This document shows, piece by piece, positions 37,992 through 47,451 of a stretch of 56,550 nt of DNA. A model generated the notes under the pieces. The model was not told where the DNA came from and ran no database searches. It was given only the letters and a program-made list of their open reading frames with translations. A program made the position numbers and the translations under genes. The stretch lies in the IMG/VR virus record IMGVR_UViG_3300037493_003812, positions 1-56,550 of that record; one strand, given 5' to 3'. Positions within the stretch are counted from its first letter, which is position 1. The number at the start of each line of letters is the position of its first letter. This stretch comes from a virus. Taxonomy: Duplodnaviria; Caudoviricetes.

Positions 37992-39197
37992 TTACGACCG
38001 CTTCGCCAGCGAGAGGATGGAGTCCAAGAAGGAAGCCGTCCACTCTCCAGAGACGCCCCGCTTCGCCTCGATATACCCAGCGATATCCGAACACTTGCCC
38101 GCATACTGCATCATCGCCGGATCGAACCAGATTCCAGATTGGTGTGCCGACCGAGCAAAAGTCTTCCGATGCGCCGCAGACCCCCACGGCTCAGACGTTG
38201 CCTCTGCTACCAGAGCCGACACTTCATCATACTTCACTCGATAATCCTTAAGCATTGCCCGAACGCCGCCTTGCATCTTCGTCGCAGACACCTTCATATC
38301 ATCCGACATTACCACGAACGCATCATCCAGCTTCTCACCAAGAATAAGCGTCATGACGTTCCGAGGAGACGCCACTGCATCCTTAAGCCGAGAATATGTC
38401 ATATATTGCGCAGACTTGATCTTCACACGGTTGAAGACGCCCGGCGAAACTTCCTGACAAGCCACGATTCCCTCAAACTGACGAGGATCACGGCCCTGAA
38501 CGAACTCCGTGATTTCTGCTACAGAACCGAGGCGATACGTCTCTATAGACTTCACGCCAAGGATAGAAGACGTTGCCGGCCAATATTCACGCCCCGTAAG
38601 CGTCTCACGCACACCGAGAAGAACGATATAGTCCGTCTTGTGCTGAACAACCACTTGGTTCGCTCCCGCACAAAGCTCGAAAACATACGTCATGGACCGA
38701 TCAAGCTTCTCCGACCAGAGTGCAAAATCACACGCCAGCGTCTTCTCAAAGAGATCACGGAACGTCATATCCCAGCCATTAAGCGGGAGATCTGCCTCGC
38801 AAACTGCCCGAGTCGCCACATGCCACGCAGACTGAATATCATCGAAATAGACGATGCAACAAGTTCCGTCATACTTGTTCTCAAGCACGGTATCATTTGC
38901 CATGAGATCGATCGAAGCTGCTGCTCCCATGCCGCAATTAAAAAACCTGCGGAAAGGCTTAGCGAGCACGACCGTCTCACCTACTGCGGCATCCACAGGA
39001 AGCGGCGAACCGTCAACCGTGCGCAATACAAGCCCTCGGCATTCTTGCGAAAGCTCATCGCTATCAACTGCTTCCAGTTGATCATAATTTAGCGACATTT
39101 TGTAATTTCGCTCAGACGCAATGCGGCACTTAACGCCGTGATCCCGATAGAGATCAGCGATTGAGTGCGTAAGCAGATATTCTTGGACAGGGAGCAT
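37992..39197 (-). CDS. RNA ligase, T4 Rnl1-like
   Basis: ECRGLV, PFRRFFN, KYDG (motif I), YVFEL, EGIV, RVKIK; promoter 39217-39245. Confidence 0.88.
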   Translation of the reverse strand: MLPVQEYLLTHSIADLYRDHGVKCRIASERNYKMSLNYDQLEAVDSDELSQECRGLVLRTVDGSPLPVDAAVGETVVLAKPFRRFFNCGMGAAASIDLMANDTVLENKYDGTCCIVYFDDIQSAWHVATRAVCEADLPLNGWDMTFRDLFEKTLACDFALWSEKLDRSMTYVFELCAGANQVVVQHKTDYIVLLGVRETLTGREYWPATSSILGVKSIETYRLGSVAEITEFVQGRDPRQFEGIVACQEVSPGVFNRVKIKSAQYMTYSRLKDAVASPRNVMTLILGEKLDDAFVVMSDDMKVSATKMQGGVRAMLKDYRVKYDEVSALVAEATSEPWGSAAHRKTFARSAHQSGIWFDPAMMQYAGKCSDIAGYIEAKRGVSGEWTASFLDSILSLAKRS

Positions 39198-39324
39198 AGC
39201 GTTTCTTTCTATATACATTATACCAGATTTTTGGTCAAATTTAAACCAATAATATGCTTTTGCACAAAAGAAAAAGCCCCAGTTTCCCAGGGCTTTTCAC
39301 GCATTAATTCTTTTGCCGGCTTAA

Positions 39325-39522
39325 TTACACTTCGGCTCTTGAAACATCATAGCGAACCCAATCCAAAGTTTCAATCTGAGCCGTAACTACCTCGACTTTA
39401 ACCAGATCACCGCAAAGCTTCGCAATCGAAAGCTCAGCCCTCAGTTTCTCTAGCATCCCGTCAATGATGCCATAAACATCACCGATCCGAAGATCGCACG
39501 GTCCGTCGTTCGCCTTGTTCAT
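39325..39522 (-). CDS. Small hypothetical early protein
   Basis: Own leaderless promoter and terminator. Confidence 0.6.
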   Translation of the reverse strand: MNKANDGPCDLRIGDVYGIIDGMLEKLRAELSIAKLCGDLVKVEVVTAQIETLDWVRYDVSRAEV

Positions 39523-39574
39523 ACTCCTAGTATACCAGATTTCTACCCGATTTTAAAGTAATTAAGAAAATTAT

Positions 39575-39850
39575 TTATAGAGCCGGCATTTCTCCCGTAT
39601 AAACCTGCACTTCTGGTAAGAGGGTCCAGACGTAAAGCTTCTCACCATCCAGAAGAATGATATCGTATGGGTCGCCATATATCTGGCAACTACCTAAATA
39701 AAACATAACTTCGTTCGACCATATCACTCTATCGTTTATACCGGTAAGTCCGCCCCTTTTATCTAAATGATGGCCGACTTTTTGCTGAGTAGGCGTCGGC
39801 GGCTGATACGAAAATACTAGTAAATCGCCGGGCTTACAGCCTTCGCTCAC
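39575..39850 (-). CDS. Small SH3/KOW-like family protein
   Basis: KPGDLL ... ILLDGE. Confidence 0.65.
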   Translation of the reverse strand: MSEGCKPGDLLVFSYQPPTPTQQKVGHHLDKRGGLTGINDRVIWSNEVMFYLGSCQIYGDPYDIILLDGEKLYVWTLLPEVQVYTGEMPAL

Positions 39851-40896
39851 TTGCCAGTTCCATTCCGTAGAGCCGTGCTCGACATCTTATAGTGCTCCGC
39901 CGGATTATTGATCCGCTTACAAAGATCTAGCGGTGCGCCGGCAATATGGAACAATGTCTCCACCTGCCCATTAACCTCACGATCCGCCACAAGAAACTTC
40001 GTTCCAAGTGCTCGAAATTCATTCAATAGAGGCGTAATTTCCACTCCCCACTTAGGGTCCAGCATCCGGATAAGAGCGTCTACTCCAACAATAATCTTCG
40101 CACCAGGAAACTTTCTCGCCTTATCTAGATAAAGCGGGTCATCCTGCGTAAAGATTCTCGCATAACCATCCAGAAGCTTTGCACGCTCCACTAGTTCAAT
40201 AACGTTCAATGCCGGCTTATGAGGAGGATTAGTCGTGATATGAAAGATTCCTCGACTCGCTCTCGCCAACCACATATGTCCCTCATGCGGAGGATTGAAC
40301 GCTCCTGGAAACAGAACCAGTCCGTTGCCAGTCTTAGGCACTTCTCCTCGCTCCCCATTTTCAAGAAAATAAGGATGCTCAAAAAAGAGCTTAGTCGCCT
40401 TGTCCGTCGCATCAGTCATAACCAATGCTTCCGGCTCTGCCAATGCCGTCAGGGCCAACGCATCGCACTTGTCGCCATCCTGAATCCTCGCCGCCATACC
40501 GACACCCTTTACCAGGATTTCGCTATAAGCCTTTACGCCGTTCTTAGTTGCCACAGCAATAAAGACCCGATGGGCGCCACGATGCGCAACGGTGCTCGCC
40601 ACAGAAGCCGTAAGGCCCAACCCAACGGCCGCCGCTCCATTCAACACAAACGCTCTGCTATATGCTTCAAGCGCCAACGAGATTGCGGTATCTTCCGAAC
40701 AATACTTTGCCGGCTTAAACCCAAGAAACTTATCAGTTGCCTCAGGCTCATAAGGAAACTCTGCTCCAACAAGAACCGCACTGATTCCAGGCACCTGCCA
40801 AAGAATATTTTGAAGACCAGCACCCGCTCCACTTGCCACAATATAAATGCGGTTCTTAGCGGTAAGGAGCGTGTTCAGCTTTTCGCAGTTGTTCAT
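39847..40896 (-). CDS. CinA_C-like domain plus NMN/NaMN adenylyltransferase (NadD/NadM-like) fusion
   Basis: N-terminal SGAG..L..VPG.S..L...FPY; FPGAFNPPHEGH (HxGH), VGVD, MSSTALR. Confidence 0.8.
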   Translation of the reverse strand: MNNCEKLNTLLTAKNRIYIVASGAGAGLQNILWQVPGISAVLVGAEFPYEPEATDKFLGFKPAKYCSEDTAISLALEAYSRAFVLNGAAAVGLGLTASVASTVAHRGAHRVFIAVATKNGVKAYSEILVKGVGMAARIQDGDKCDALALTALAEPEALVMTDATDKATKLFFEHPYFLENGERGEVPKTGNGLVLFPGAFNPPHEGHMWLARASRGIFHITTNPPHKPALNVIELVERAKLLDGYARIFTQDDPLYLDKARKFPGAKIIVGVDALIRMLDPKWGVEITPLLNEFRALGTKFLVADREVNGQVETLFHIAGAPLDLCKRINNPAEHYKMSSTALRNGTGK

Positions 40897-40972
40897 CTTC
40901 GTTGCCTCTTTATACTTACAGTATACCAGGATTCTAGAATAATTTCAAGGGATTAAACTAAGTAAAAATCGT

Positions 40973-41725
40973 TTAAAATCGGGCACTTATGCGCTTCGCC
41001 ATGGCAATAAAGTCATCGTAAGATAGTTTCCTCTTCGCATAGTTGCAAGTAGAACAACAAGAGACACAGTTATCGGTTTGGTAAGCTAATGAACTGTCCT
41101 TCCTGTCTATGCCGTTATAACGAAATTCTCTTTCTACGGTGGTAAGACTTTTGATTTGCCTAATGTTAGAGTATTCTACACCGCAATAATGACAAGGCGC
41201 CTTGATTAGCACCTCAAACTCTTCCTGCGTAAGAAGGTAGTCCAGCTTAAGCTTCTTAGCATGTGCTCGATATTGGTTGCGGATTTCGTTTAATAGAGCT
41301 TGATTGTTTGGCAATGTAGTTTTTCTGGAATATATTAATCCAGTTTGACAACCGCAACTAGTTGTATAGCCGACCAAAAGAGAATGAGAAACTACGTTAT
41401 GTGTTTTCCCGCAATCGCAAAGACATTCCCACAGCGTCCCGTATCGGTGCTCCGATTTTCCAATAAGAAACTTAATAACAAGGAGTGAGCCAAAACGCTG
41501 TCCTGTTAAATCTTTTGTAGCTGGATGGCATATGCCTTTTCCGCAAGAGGTTGTTTCGCCGGCCATAAGACTAGATTTGTCAACTTCATATTGTTTTCCG
41601 CAATCACATTGAACTTTAACGCGCCGCTTTGGCAACGAGCAGTCAAGTGCTACTAGCTTCCCAAAACGTTTTCCGTCAATGTCAATGAACTTTGGATTAT
41701 CTCTTATTGAGGCAAATCTTCCCAT
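40973..41725 (-). CDS. Homing endonuclease (HNH-like with CDCG repeats)
   Basis: GKRFGKL..CDCG twice, GIDRKDS..NCVSCC..CN..K. Confidence 0.85.
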   Translation of the reverse strand: MGRFASIRDNPKFIDIDGKRFGKLVALDCSLPKRRVKVQCDCGKQYEVDKSSLMAGETTSCGKGICHPATKDLTGQRFGSLLVIKFLIGKSEHRYGTLWECLCDCGKTHNVVSHSLLVGYTTSCGCQTGLIYSRKTTLPNNQALLNEIRNQYRAHAKKLKLDYLLTQEEFEVLIKAPCHYCGVEYSNIRQIKSLTTVEREFRYNGIDRKDSSLAYQTDNCVSCCSTCNYAKRKLSYDDFIAMAKRISARF

Positions 41726-41748
41726 AGTTCATACAGTATAATAGAAAA

Positions 41749-41771
41749 CGGCGGGTATAAATACCCGCCGC
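41749..41771 (-). terminator. Intrinsic terminator
   Basis: GGCGGGTAT/ATACCCGCC. Confidence 0.7.
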
Positions 41772-41804
41772 CCTTAAAATTCAATCTTTATTTGGAGTCT
41801 GCGT

Positions 41805-43250
41805 TCAGTGCCCTGCCTTGGCTGCGTTAGCTCGAACTTCGTCCAGCGTATAGGTCTTCTTGATTTCGCCATTCTCAAAGACGACTTGGAGAAGATCGTT
41901 GGTAACCGGTCCGTTCACCGTGAGCACACGCCCCAGGTCCCCGCTGCGCAGACCTCGGACAAGAGCCTGATGGCCCTTCTTCGACCGCTTACCAGTATCA
42001 GTAATCGGGTCCTTCGATACGTCCCGCCACTCCCCATTCACAAGAGCCGAGGCGCACTTAAAAGCGAAGCGCATTGTGTCCCTGTTGCAGAGTTGCAGCA
42101 AGCCACCTCCCATACCAAATCCAATGCAGCTGGCCGAATAACCTGCTGCCATCACTGCCCGAAGAATCTTAGGAATCGACTCATCGTTAATTCCATCGCC
42201 CTGAATAAGACCGAAGTAAGCAGGGAGCACCTTGAACCCCTTAAGGTTCCGCTTCATCCCAATCTTACGGTCGATAATGTCAAGAATCTTGATAAGAACG
42301 GTCGCCGGGTCACCCGAGTCAGGACGAATAACCAGCTTACCGCCCGAGGAGCTCACAAGGTCCAGAAGCTCCTCGCACCAGATATTCTCTACGGCGTTGT
42401 AAATGTCATACGAATCCGAGACACAAGCCGCAATCTTCTGCATCCCCGCCGGTACCTCACGCTCCACAAGATACTTCTGCACGAAGTTTCTGTAAGCCTT
42501 TGCTTCGTTCTCACGGCCCCACATCGTGATCGTGCTATGTTCAGCCGCAGGAATCGAGAAAGCGCTCATTCGACCCTCGACACCATAATAGTGATTGGCT
42601 GCCCGAATGCCTTCCACAGTGTCCGAACCAAGGAAATTGACAAGGTGCGCCGCTCCACCGATACGAGCCGACTCCTGGCTCGACACGCCTCGTGCGCCAA
42701 AGTCGTGAAGCTTGAAAGCAATCTCGCCTGCCGGATCGTCCGACGACTTTTCAAGTGCTTCAAGAATCGACTGCTTACAGAAATAGCTGATCGTACAAAC
42801 TGTAGTGGCGTACCAAACTTGGACTAGCATCGTTTCAAGATAGCTCACGCACCAAAAGACTTCCGGGTCCGGGACGGTCAATTCGATATCAAAGAGAACA
42901 TTCGACACCGGCACGACAGTTCCCTCAGGGACCGCCCGAATACGGACGGGGAACTTACCATCGTACTTATTGACGAGACACTCCCAGCCCTGCCGATTGA
43001 ACGGCTCGCCATGTGCCTCAAAGAAAGCGGCCGCCTCTTCCACGTGAGCCTGCGTGACAGGCTGCGAGAGGTACTGCTGGAGGTAATACTGGAGACCGAA
43101 GAAAACGGTCGAATGATACCGACCACCACGACTCTCAAAATACGAATACATATTCGTAACGTCGGGCGGATACTGGACCCAGTGCGAAGCCTTATAGCTG
43201 TCCGTGGCGGTAATGGGATTATATGCGAGGGGAGCGATGGTCTTAGTCAT
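41805..43250 (-). CDS. nadV: Nicotinamide phosphoribosyltransferase (NAMPT)
   Basis: TDSYKASH, LHDFGARG, PAAEHS, SDSYD, VIRPDSG, QGDG, FGMGGGLLQ. Confidence 0.95.
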   Translation of the reverse strand: MTKTIAPLAYNPITATDSYKASHWVQYPPDVTNMYSYFESRGGRYHSTVFFGLQYYLQQYLSQPVTQAHVEEAAAFFEAHGEPFNRQGWECLVNKYDGKFPVRIRAVPEGTVVPVSNVLFDIELTVPDPEVFWCVSYLETMLVQVWYATTVCTISYFCKQSILEALEKSSDDPAGEIAFKLHDFGARGVSSQESARIGGAAHLVNFLGSDTVEGIRAANHYYGVEGRMSAFSIPAAEHSTITMWGRENEAKAYRNFVQKYLVEREVPAGMQKIAACVSDSYDIYNAVENIWCEELLDLVSSSGGKLVIRPDSGDPATVLIKILDIIDRKIGMKRNLKGFKVLPAYFGLIQGDGINDESIPKILRAVMAAGYSASCIGFGMGGGLLQLCNRDTMRFAFKCASALVNGEWRDVSKDPITDTGKRSKKGHQALVRGLRSGDLGRVLTVNGPVTNDLLQVVFENGEIKKTYTLDEVRANAAKAGH

Positions 43251-43382
43251 TGTGATATTTTGCAGAGGCTTGGAGAAGAGCGTCGTTGCTCTCTGTCCTG
43301 CTTACACTCTTAGTATACCAGCCCGGCGTCCGATTTTAAACCAATAAAAAGTCGAATGATTTCGCTAAGTTAGCAGATGTTT

Positions 43383-43604
43383 TCATTCCAAGGCTTCAAA
43401 ATTCTTTTCTATCCAGGGCCCGTACCATAGCGTATCTATGTCCTCGTCGCTCATATCGGATTCCTCAGGACACAATAGACAATAAGTGTTTTTATTTTTG
43501 TCTACTGATAGAACCAAGAGCGCTCTGACGGCGAGGTCATGTTCTGGGGAGTGAGCCCGTTTAGAATGGATGGAGCCTAGAAGCTGACCGACCTTAAACT
43601 TCAT
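43383..43604 (-). CDS. Small SH3/KOW-like family protein
   Basis: MKFKVGQLL. Confidence 0.65.
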   Translation of the reverse strand: MKFKVGQLLGSIHSKRAHSPEHDLAVRALLVLSVDKNKNTYCLLCPEESDMSDEDIDTLWYGPWIEKNFEALE

Positions 43605-43888
43605 GCTGGAATCCAATCACCTTCTGCGGAGAATTCAATTATGACCATATCTTCTAAAAGACCGTGATCGCACGGGTCCTCAAATAAAGAAGATTGCGTC
43701 TTAATCCATTTTAGATGATCTTCTGCTCTAGCTTGATCGATACTGGTAATGGGATATTCATATTGGTCCCGGCCTTCTTCTAGTCCCCATATCTCATAAC
43801 CACCACCTAAGATTGCCGGCATCTTAACCAAAAACTTCCAGCCGTCCTCTTCGCAATCAACGCCAAATAAATATAGCTTCATATTCAC
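43601..43888 (-). CDS. Hypothetical protein
   Basis: Translationally coupled ORF. Confidence 0.55.
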   Translation of the reverse strand: MNMKLYLFGVDCEEDGWKFLVKMPAILGGGYEIWGLEEGRDQYEYPITSIDQARAEDHLKWIKTQSSLFEDPCDHGLLEDMVIIEFSAEGDWIPA

Positions 43889-44106
43889 TCTTTTATAATT
43901 TTAAAATATTTATCCGCTGCGGTCCAGGACCAAGACTCTACTCCACTATTTTCCAAAATGCCATATCGACCAAAACCGCCAGTAGAAGAACCTACCGTCC
44001 TTGCCACAACTATAAAGGCTTTTGTTTCCTCGGGAACCCACTCAGGAAAATTATCTATCTTCATCAGCAAATCACCGACTTCGAATTTAGGTTCATATGA
44101 TTTCAT
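43885..44106 (-). CDS. Small SH3/KOW-like family protein
   Basis: FEVGDLL. Confidence 0.65.
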   Translation of the reverse strand: MKSYEPKFEVGDLLMKIDNFPEWVPEETKAFIVVARTVGSSTGGFGRYGILENSGVESWSWTAADKYFKIIKE

Positions 44107-44279
44107 TGAATTAACTCGAAATCTTCATCGACAGTTGATTGATGCCACATCTGCGGCTTATCATCCTCCAATATCTCATAATAGTCCCGAAGAGTTCTAA
44201 TAACGAGAAATGTTGTAGCTTCAACCATTGGTCCGTGAATTAAGGTTAACAAAGAGCCGACTTTAAATTTATGATACAT
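44103..44279 (-). CDS. Small SH3/KOW-like family protein (58 aa, not in ORF track)
   Basis: Hand translation MYHKFKVGSLL...FELIQ. Confidence 0.6.
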   Translation of the reverse strand: MYHKFKVGSLLTLIHGPMVEATTFLVIRTLRDYYEILEDDKPQMWHQSTVDEDFELIQ

Positions 44280-44484
44280 TTAGCACCTTATAATATAATT
44301 CGACCACATGCGTCCATCGCTTTACAGTTCGTTCATCTCCATAGAGACAAGTATAATATTCTCCCAGAGAATTTGTGCTCTTCTCAATTAGAAGGTTAAC
44401 TGCTTCGATACCGTCGTCCTCGACGGTCGTGCAGTCGATACCCCATTTAGCCGTATCCCAAATAACTAAATCGCCAACTTTCAT
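44269..44484 (-). CDS. Small SH3/KOW-like family protein
   Basis: MKVGDLV. Confidence 0.7.
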   Translation of the reverse strand: MKVGDLVIWDTAKWGIDCTTVEDDGIEAVNLLIEKSTNSLGEYYTCLYGDERTVKRWTHVVELYYKVLNVS

Positions 44485-45320
44485 ATATTAAACTCATTAG
44501 CGATACTGGGATCTCCATATTCAGCCGCACCACAAAGTACCGTAAGGTTCTTCAAGGCGAAGTAAGTGGATGCTCCGTGTGTATGGCCACAAAGAACAAT
44601 TGCTTGATTATCTGGATTTGCTAGACACACCTGCGTCAAGGCTTCGCCCATCTTCTTGGAAGAGAAATGGGGGAGCCAAGTATCATCGGAGACTTTACCT
44701 CGATAGACGCTACTCTCTTTGAATGGAGGAACGTGTGTAGCGACGTATACGGTCTTATAGCCGGCATCAAACGCCGCTTGAAGCTGAGTCCGAACATAGT
44801 CTGCGGACGCACCAGAGAGCACTTGGAGAGCATCAAAGCGCTCCTGACGTGACTTGATGCGGGGACCTGACAATTCTCTAATGAGATAATAATCATTCAT
44901 ATCCAATTGGCTCTTAAACCAATCAGCATAGCCGCCATCATACCAGCCGTCACTTCCCACAAGAGCATGAGTATCCGTAAGATGAATGACGCCAGAACAA
45001 CCTAGCCACCAAGCACCTTCACCAGATGGAAGAGTTTTAGCTGGACCTTCATAGACACAAAGACCTCCAGAGAACTTCGCACGAATTTCGTCAATGCTTC
45101 CGTGGTAATAGTCGTGGTTCCCTGCGACGAAGAAAACAGGACAAGGAGCTAGTTCCTTCCTGAGAACCAGAAGGTGTTCAAAGAGAAGATTAGCGTTAGA
45201 GATATCGCCGGTAATAACGACAATATCAGGATTGGCTCTTTTAAGCTTTCTACAATAGGATTGGACCGCCTTGATATGAAGGTGGTCCAGGTGCGTATCG
45301 GTTAGATGTAATAGTTTCAT
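44481..45320 (-). CDS. Calcineurin-like metallophosphoesterase (CpdA/Icc-type motifs)
   Basis: TDTH, TGDI, AGNHD, THVPP, CGHTH. Confidence 0.88.
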   Translation of the reverse strand: MKLLHLTDTHLDHLHIKAVQSYCRKLKRANPDIVVITGDISNANLLFEHLLVLRKELAPCPVFFVAGNHDYYHGSIDEIRAKFSGGLCVYEGPAKTLPSGEGAWWLGCSGVIHLTDTHALVGSDGWYDGGYADWFKSQLDMNDYYLIRELSGPRIKSRQERFDALQVLSGASADYVRTQLQAAFDAGYKTVYVATHVPPFKESSVYRGKVSDDTWLPHFSSKKMGEALTQVCLANPDNQAIVLCGHTHGASTYFALKNLTVLCGAAEYGDPSIANEFNI

Positions 45321-45324
45321 AAGT

Positions 45325-45573
45325 CTAAGTCTTAGTTATTCGCTGTTGAATAGAAATTCCAAAATTGGCTGCTTCCAGCACAATATTTTGGATAAGCTTA
45401 ATGTTCGCCGGCTTTTCAAGAACAGTCTTTTTACGGCCGGCAATAAACCACTGATCCGAAATATGATTAAACAGATGCGTCGCATAACTCCTTTCAATGA
45501 ATAGACCAGAAGCCATATAATCCATTGTATAGCGAAATGCGATAATCCGTGCGAACTGTTCTACGTTAATCAT
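45325..45573 (-). CDS. Hypothetical protein
   Basis: ORF behind an early promoter. Confidence 0.5.
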   Translation of the reverse strand: MINVEQFARIIAFRYTMDYMASGLFIERSYATHLFNHISDQWFIAGRKKTVLEKPANIKLIQNIVLEAANFGISIQQRITKT

Positions 45574-45617
45574 TGTGTTCGTTCCTGTATCTAGTATAAC
45601 AGATTATTTCTAGAATT

Positions 45618-45884
45618 TCAACCATTTAGGAAATACCAATCTTCATCCATTTCATCGCTCCTAGCCGACGGCGTGTTCCAAATTATAGAATATTCAATAT
45701 TTCCATTTGGAGACAACAATTTCAAATAATCTGATTCTTGGTCAGGATTACGATTTAGAGCATAATCTTTGTGAAGACCAACGGGAGCGTTATAGCGCTC
45801 ATAAAGCCTGCAACGTTCTAGTATGACATAAAGTTCGCCAGTGGCACGAAGCTGGATAATAGAGCCGGGCTTATACCTATCCAT
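45618..45884 (-). CDS. Small SH3/KOW-like family protein
   Basis: YKPGSII ... LLSPNG. Confidence 0.6.
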   Translation of the reverse strand: MDRYKPGSIIQLRATGELYVILERCRLYERYNAPVGLHKDYALNRNPDQESDYLKLLSPNGNIEYSIIWNTPSARSDEMDEDWYFLNG

Positions 45885-46152
45885 TCTTCATTTCCTCAGT
45901 CTCAACCTCGTTAGGCTCCGACTCTGCTTCTGTCTTCATTTCCGCCTCGATAAGGTCAACAGCCTCTTCAAGGTCATTCCAGCTAGAACGATAGCGAGGC
46001 GCACGAACCTTGCTCTTAGAGATGCGACGGGCTGCCTTAGACACCAGACGCTTATTCAGCTTCTTATTCGAGTAAGGAACACAGCACCTACAGTTAAGAC
46101 CACCAGGTCCGATGCCGGCACACTTCAATGCTTCTTTCTTTTCATCACTCAT
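45877..46152 (-). CDS. Small basic/acidic hypothetical protein
   Basis: GPGGLNCRCC, basic middle, acidic tail. Confidence 0.55.
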   Translation of the reverse strand: MSDEKKEALKCAGIGPGGLNCRCCVPYSNKKLNKRLVSKAARRISKSKVRAPRYRSSWNDLEEAVDLIEAEMKTEAESEPNEVETEEMKNG

Positions 46153-46153
46153 T

Positions 46154-46363
46154 TTAGATTACCTCAAATTCTAATCGGAAAAGACGAAGAGTGTATTCTC
46201 CCACCAGAACAGTATACATATCGGCTCTAATAGGCAAAAGCTCCTCAGAAAGCGAATCGACTTCTTCCTGCCGAATAATCATTCCTACTTCTTCTCCGAT
46301 TCTTGCAAAGCGTCGGAACGTGAATTGATTTGGCTTAATAAGACTTCCAATCAAATTAATCAT
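46154..46363 (-). CDS. Small SH3/KOW-like family protein
   Basis: LIGSLI ... VLVGE ... FEVI. Confidence 0.6.
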   Translation of the reverse strand: MINLIGSLIKPNQFTFRRFARIGEEVGMIIRQEEVDSLSEELLPIRADMYTVLVGEYTLRLFRLEFEVI

Positions 46364-46605
46364 TCTGCGTAAAATTCTGCATAAGGATTGCGGGCGAGGA
46401 AATCTCGCATCCGGAATAGAAACTGTTGAAAGTGAAGAGCGCCATACTCTTCTGTAAGCCAATCGCTATATGCCCGAGCAATTCCAGCGGTATCCGAATA
46501 TGAAAGAATGAAGTAAATTCGCTCTTGCGAAGGCTGTTGGAGGCGCTCAAACATTGCTCCACGCCCCAGGTTGCTTCCATCTGAAAGATATAGCGTTCTG
46601 CTCAT
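46360..46605 (-). CDS. Hypothetical protein
   Basis: ORF behind an early promoter. Confidence 0.55.
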   Translation of the reverse strand: MSRTLYLSDGSNLGRGAMFERLQQPSQERIYFILSYSDTAGIARAYSDWLTEEYGALHFQQFLFRMRDFLARNPYAEFYAE

Positions 46606-46718
46606 TGTCTTTTCCTTCTACTTACATTATAACAAATTCTTGCCAGATTTTAAAGTAATTACTTTAAATACTTTTGCCGGCTAAATACTTAGCCTTAGAA
46701 CACAAGGAGAAATTTTAT

Positions 46719-47372
46719 ATGACCACACAAGTAACCTGGCAAGAAAAAGTAAGCACCTTCATCAAATCAAAAACCTTCAATGTCGGTATTGTAGCCGCTC
46801 TTACCGTTGCCGTCCTCATTCTCATCGCTTACGGTATCAGTTCCCATAAGGAACCAGGCTATATGGCCACTACTCCACAATGGGAACGCTCAGACTTTCC
46901 TCTTCAAGTTTGCGCTGTAGCCTATGCCGATAGATTAGTCTGCGATCCAGCCTCAATGGTCTGTGATGACGCCGGCAATAACTTATCCTGCGATGCCTAT
47001 GCCACCGTCACCGATGCCATCAATACTACCAATTCACGTCTTGGATTTAAAGCACTGGAAATCGCCTCAACCTCCTGCGATATCACAGCTACAGTCGGAG
47101 TCCCCGTTGAACATGGCTTCACTGAACCAGGCGGCAATGCTCTCATTTCCGCTCACTCCTGCCAAATTCAAACCGCAAACGTTCACGGCGAAGTAAGAGA
47201 CTTGGTTATGGAACACGAACTGGGTCACTGCATCGGGCTCGACCATGACTTTTATCAGCAAAGCATTATGCGTCGGGCTCAAATAGAGACTCCAATGGGA
47301 GAGTTGCCACCGTGGATTTCTGACAGCGACCGAGCGCTCCTCAGGCAAGACTTCGGACCACTTTCCGAATAA
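46719..47372 (+). CDS. Membrane-anchored matrixin-like (M10) metalloprotease
   Basis: N-terminal TM, HELGHCIGLDH, Met-turn SIM; AAGGAG RBS. Confidence 0.85.
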   Translation: MTTQVTWQEKVSTFIKSKTFNVGIVAALTVAVLILIAYGISSHKEPGYMATTPQWERSDFPLQVCAVAYADRLVCDPASMVCDDAGNNLSCDAYATVTDAINTTNSRLGFKALEIASTSCDITATVGVPVEHGFTEPGGNALISAHSCQIQTANVHGEVRDLVMEHELGHCIGLDHDFYQQSIMRRAQIETPMGELPPWISDSDRALLRQDFGPLSE

Positions 47373-47451
47373 ACTGCGATTTGAAATTAATTTAGCCTTT
47401 TAGTGGTCTCGCTATATACTTATGTATATGGTATCTTAGCAAGACCCAAAG

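Noticed and set aside
41808-42827. Long plus-strand ORFs opposite NAMPT (also 14728-15435, 28379-29002, 34684-35466, 38139-39092, 40219-40956, 48158-48856)
   Set aside because: Antisense shadows of GC3-biased genes that have clear motifs on the minus strand; no motifs of their own
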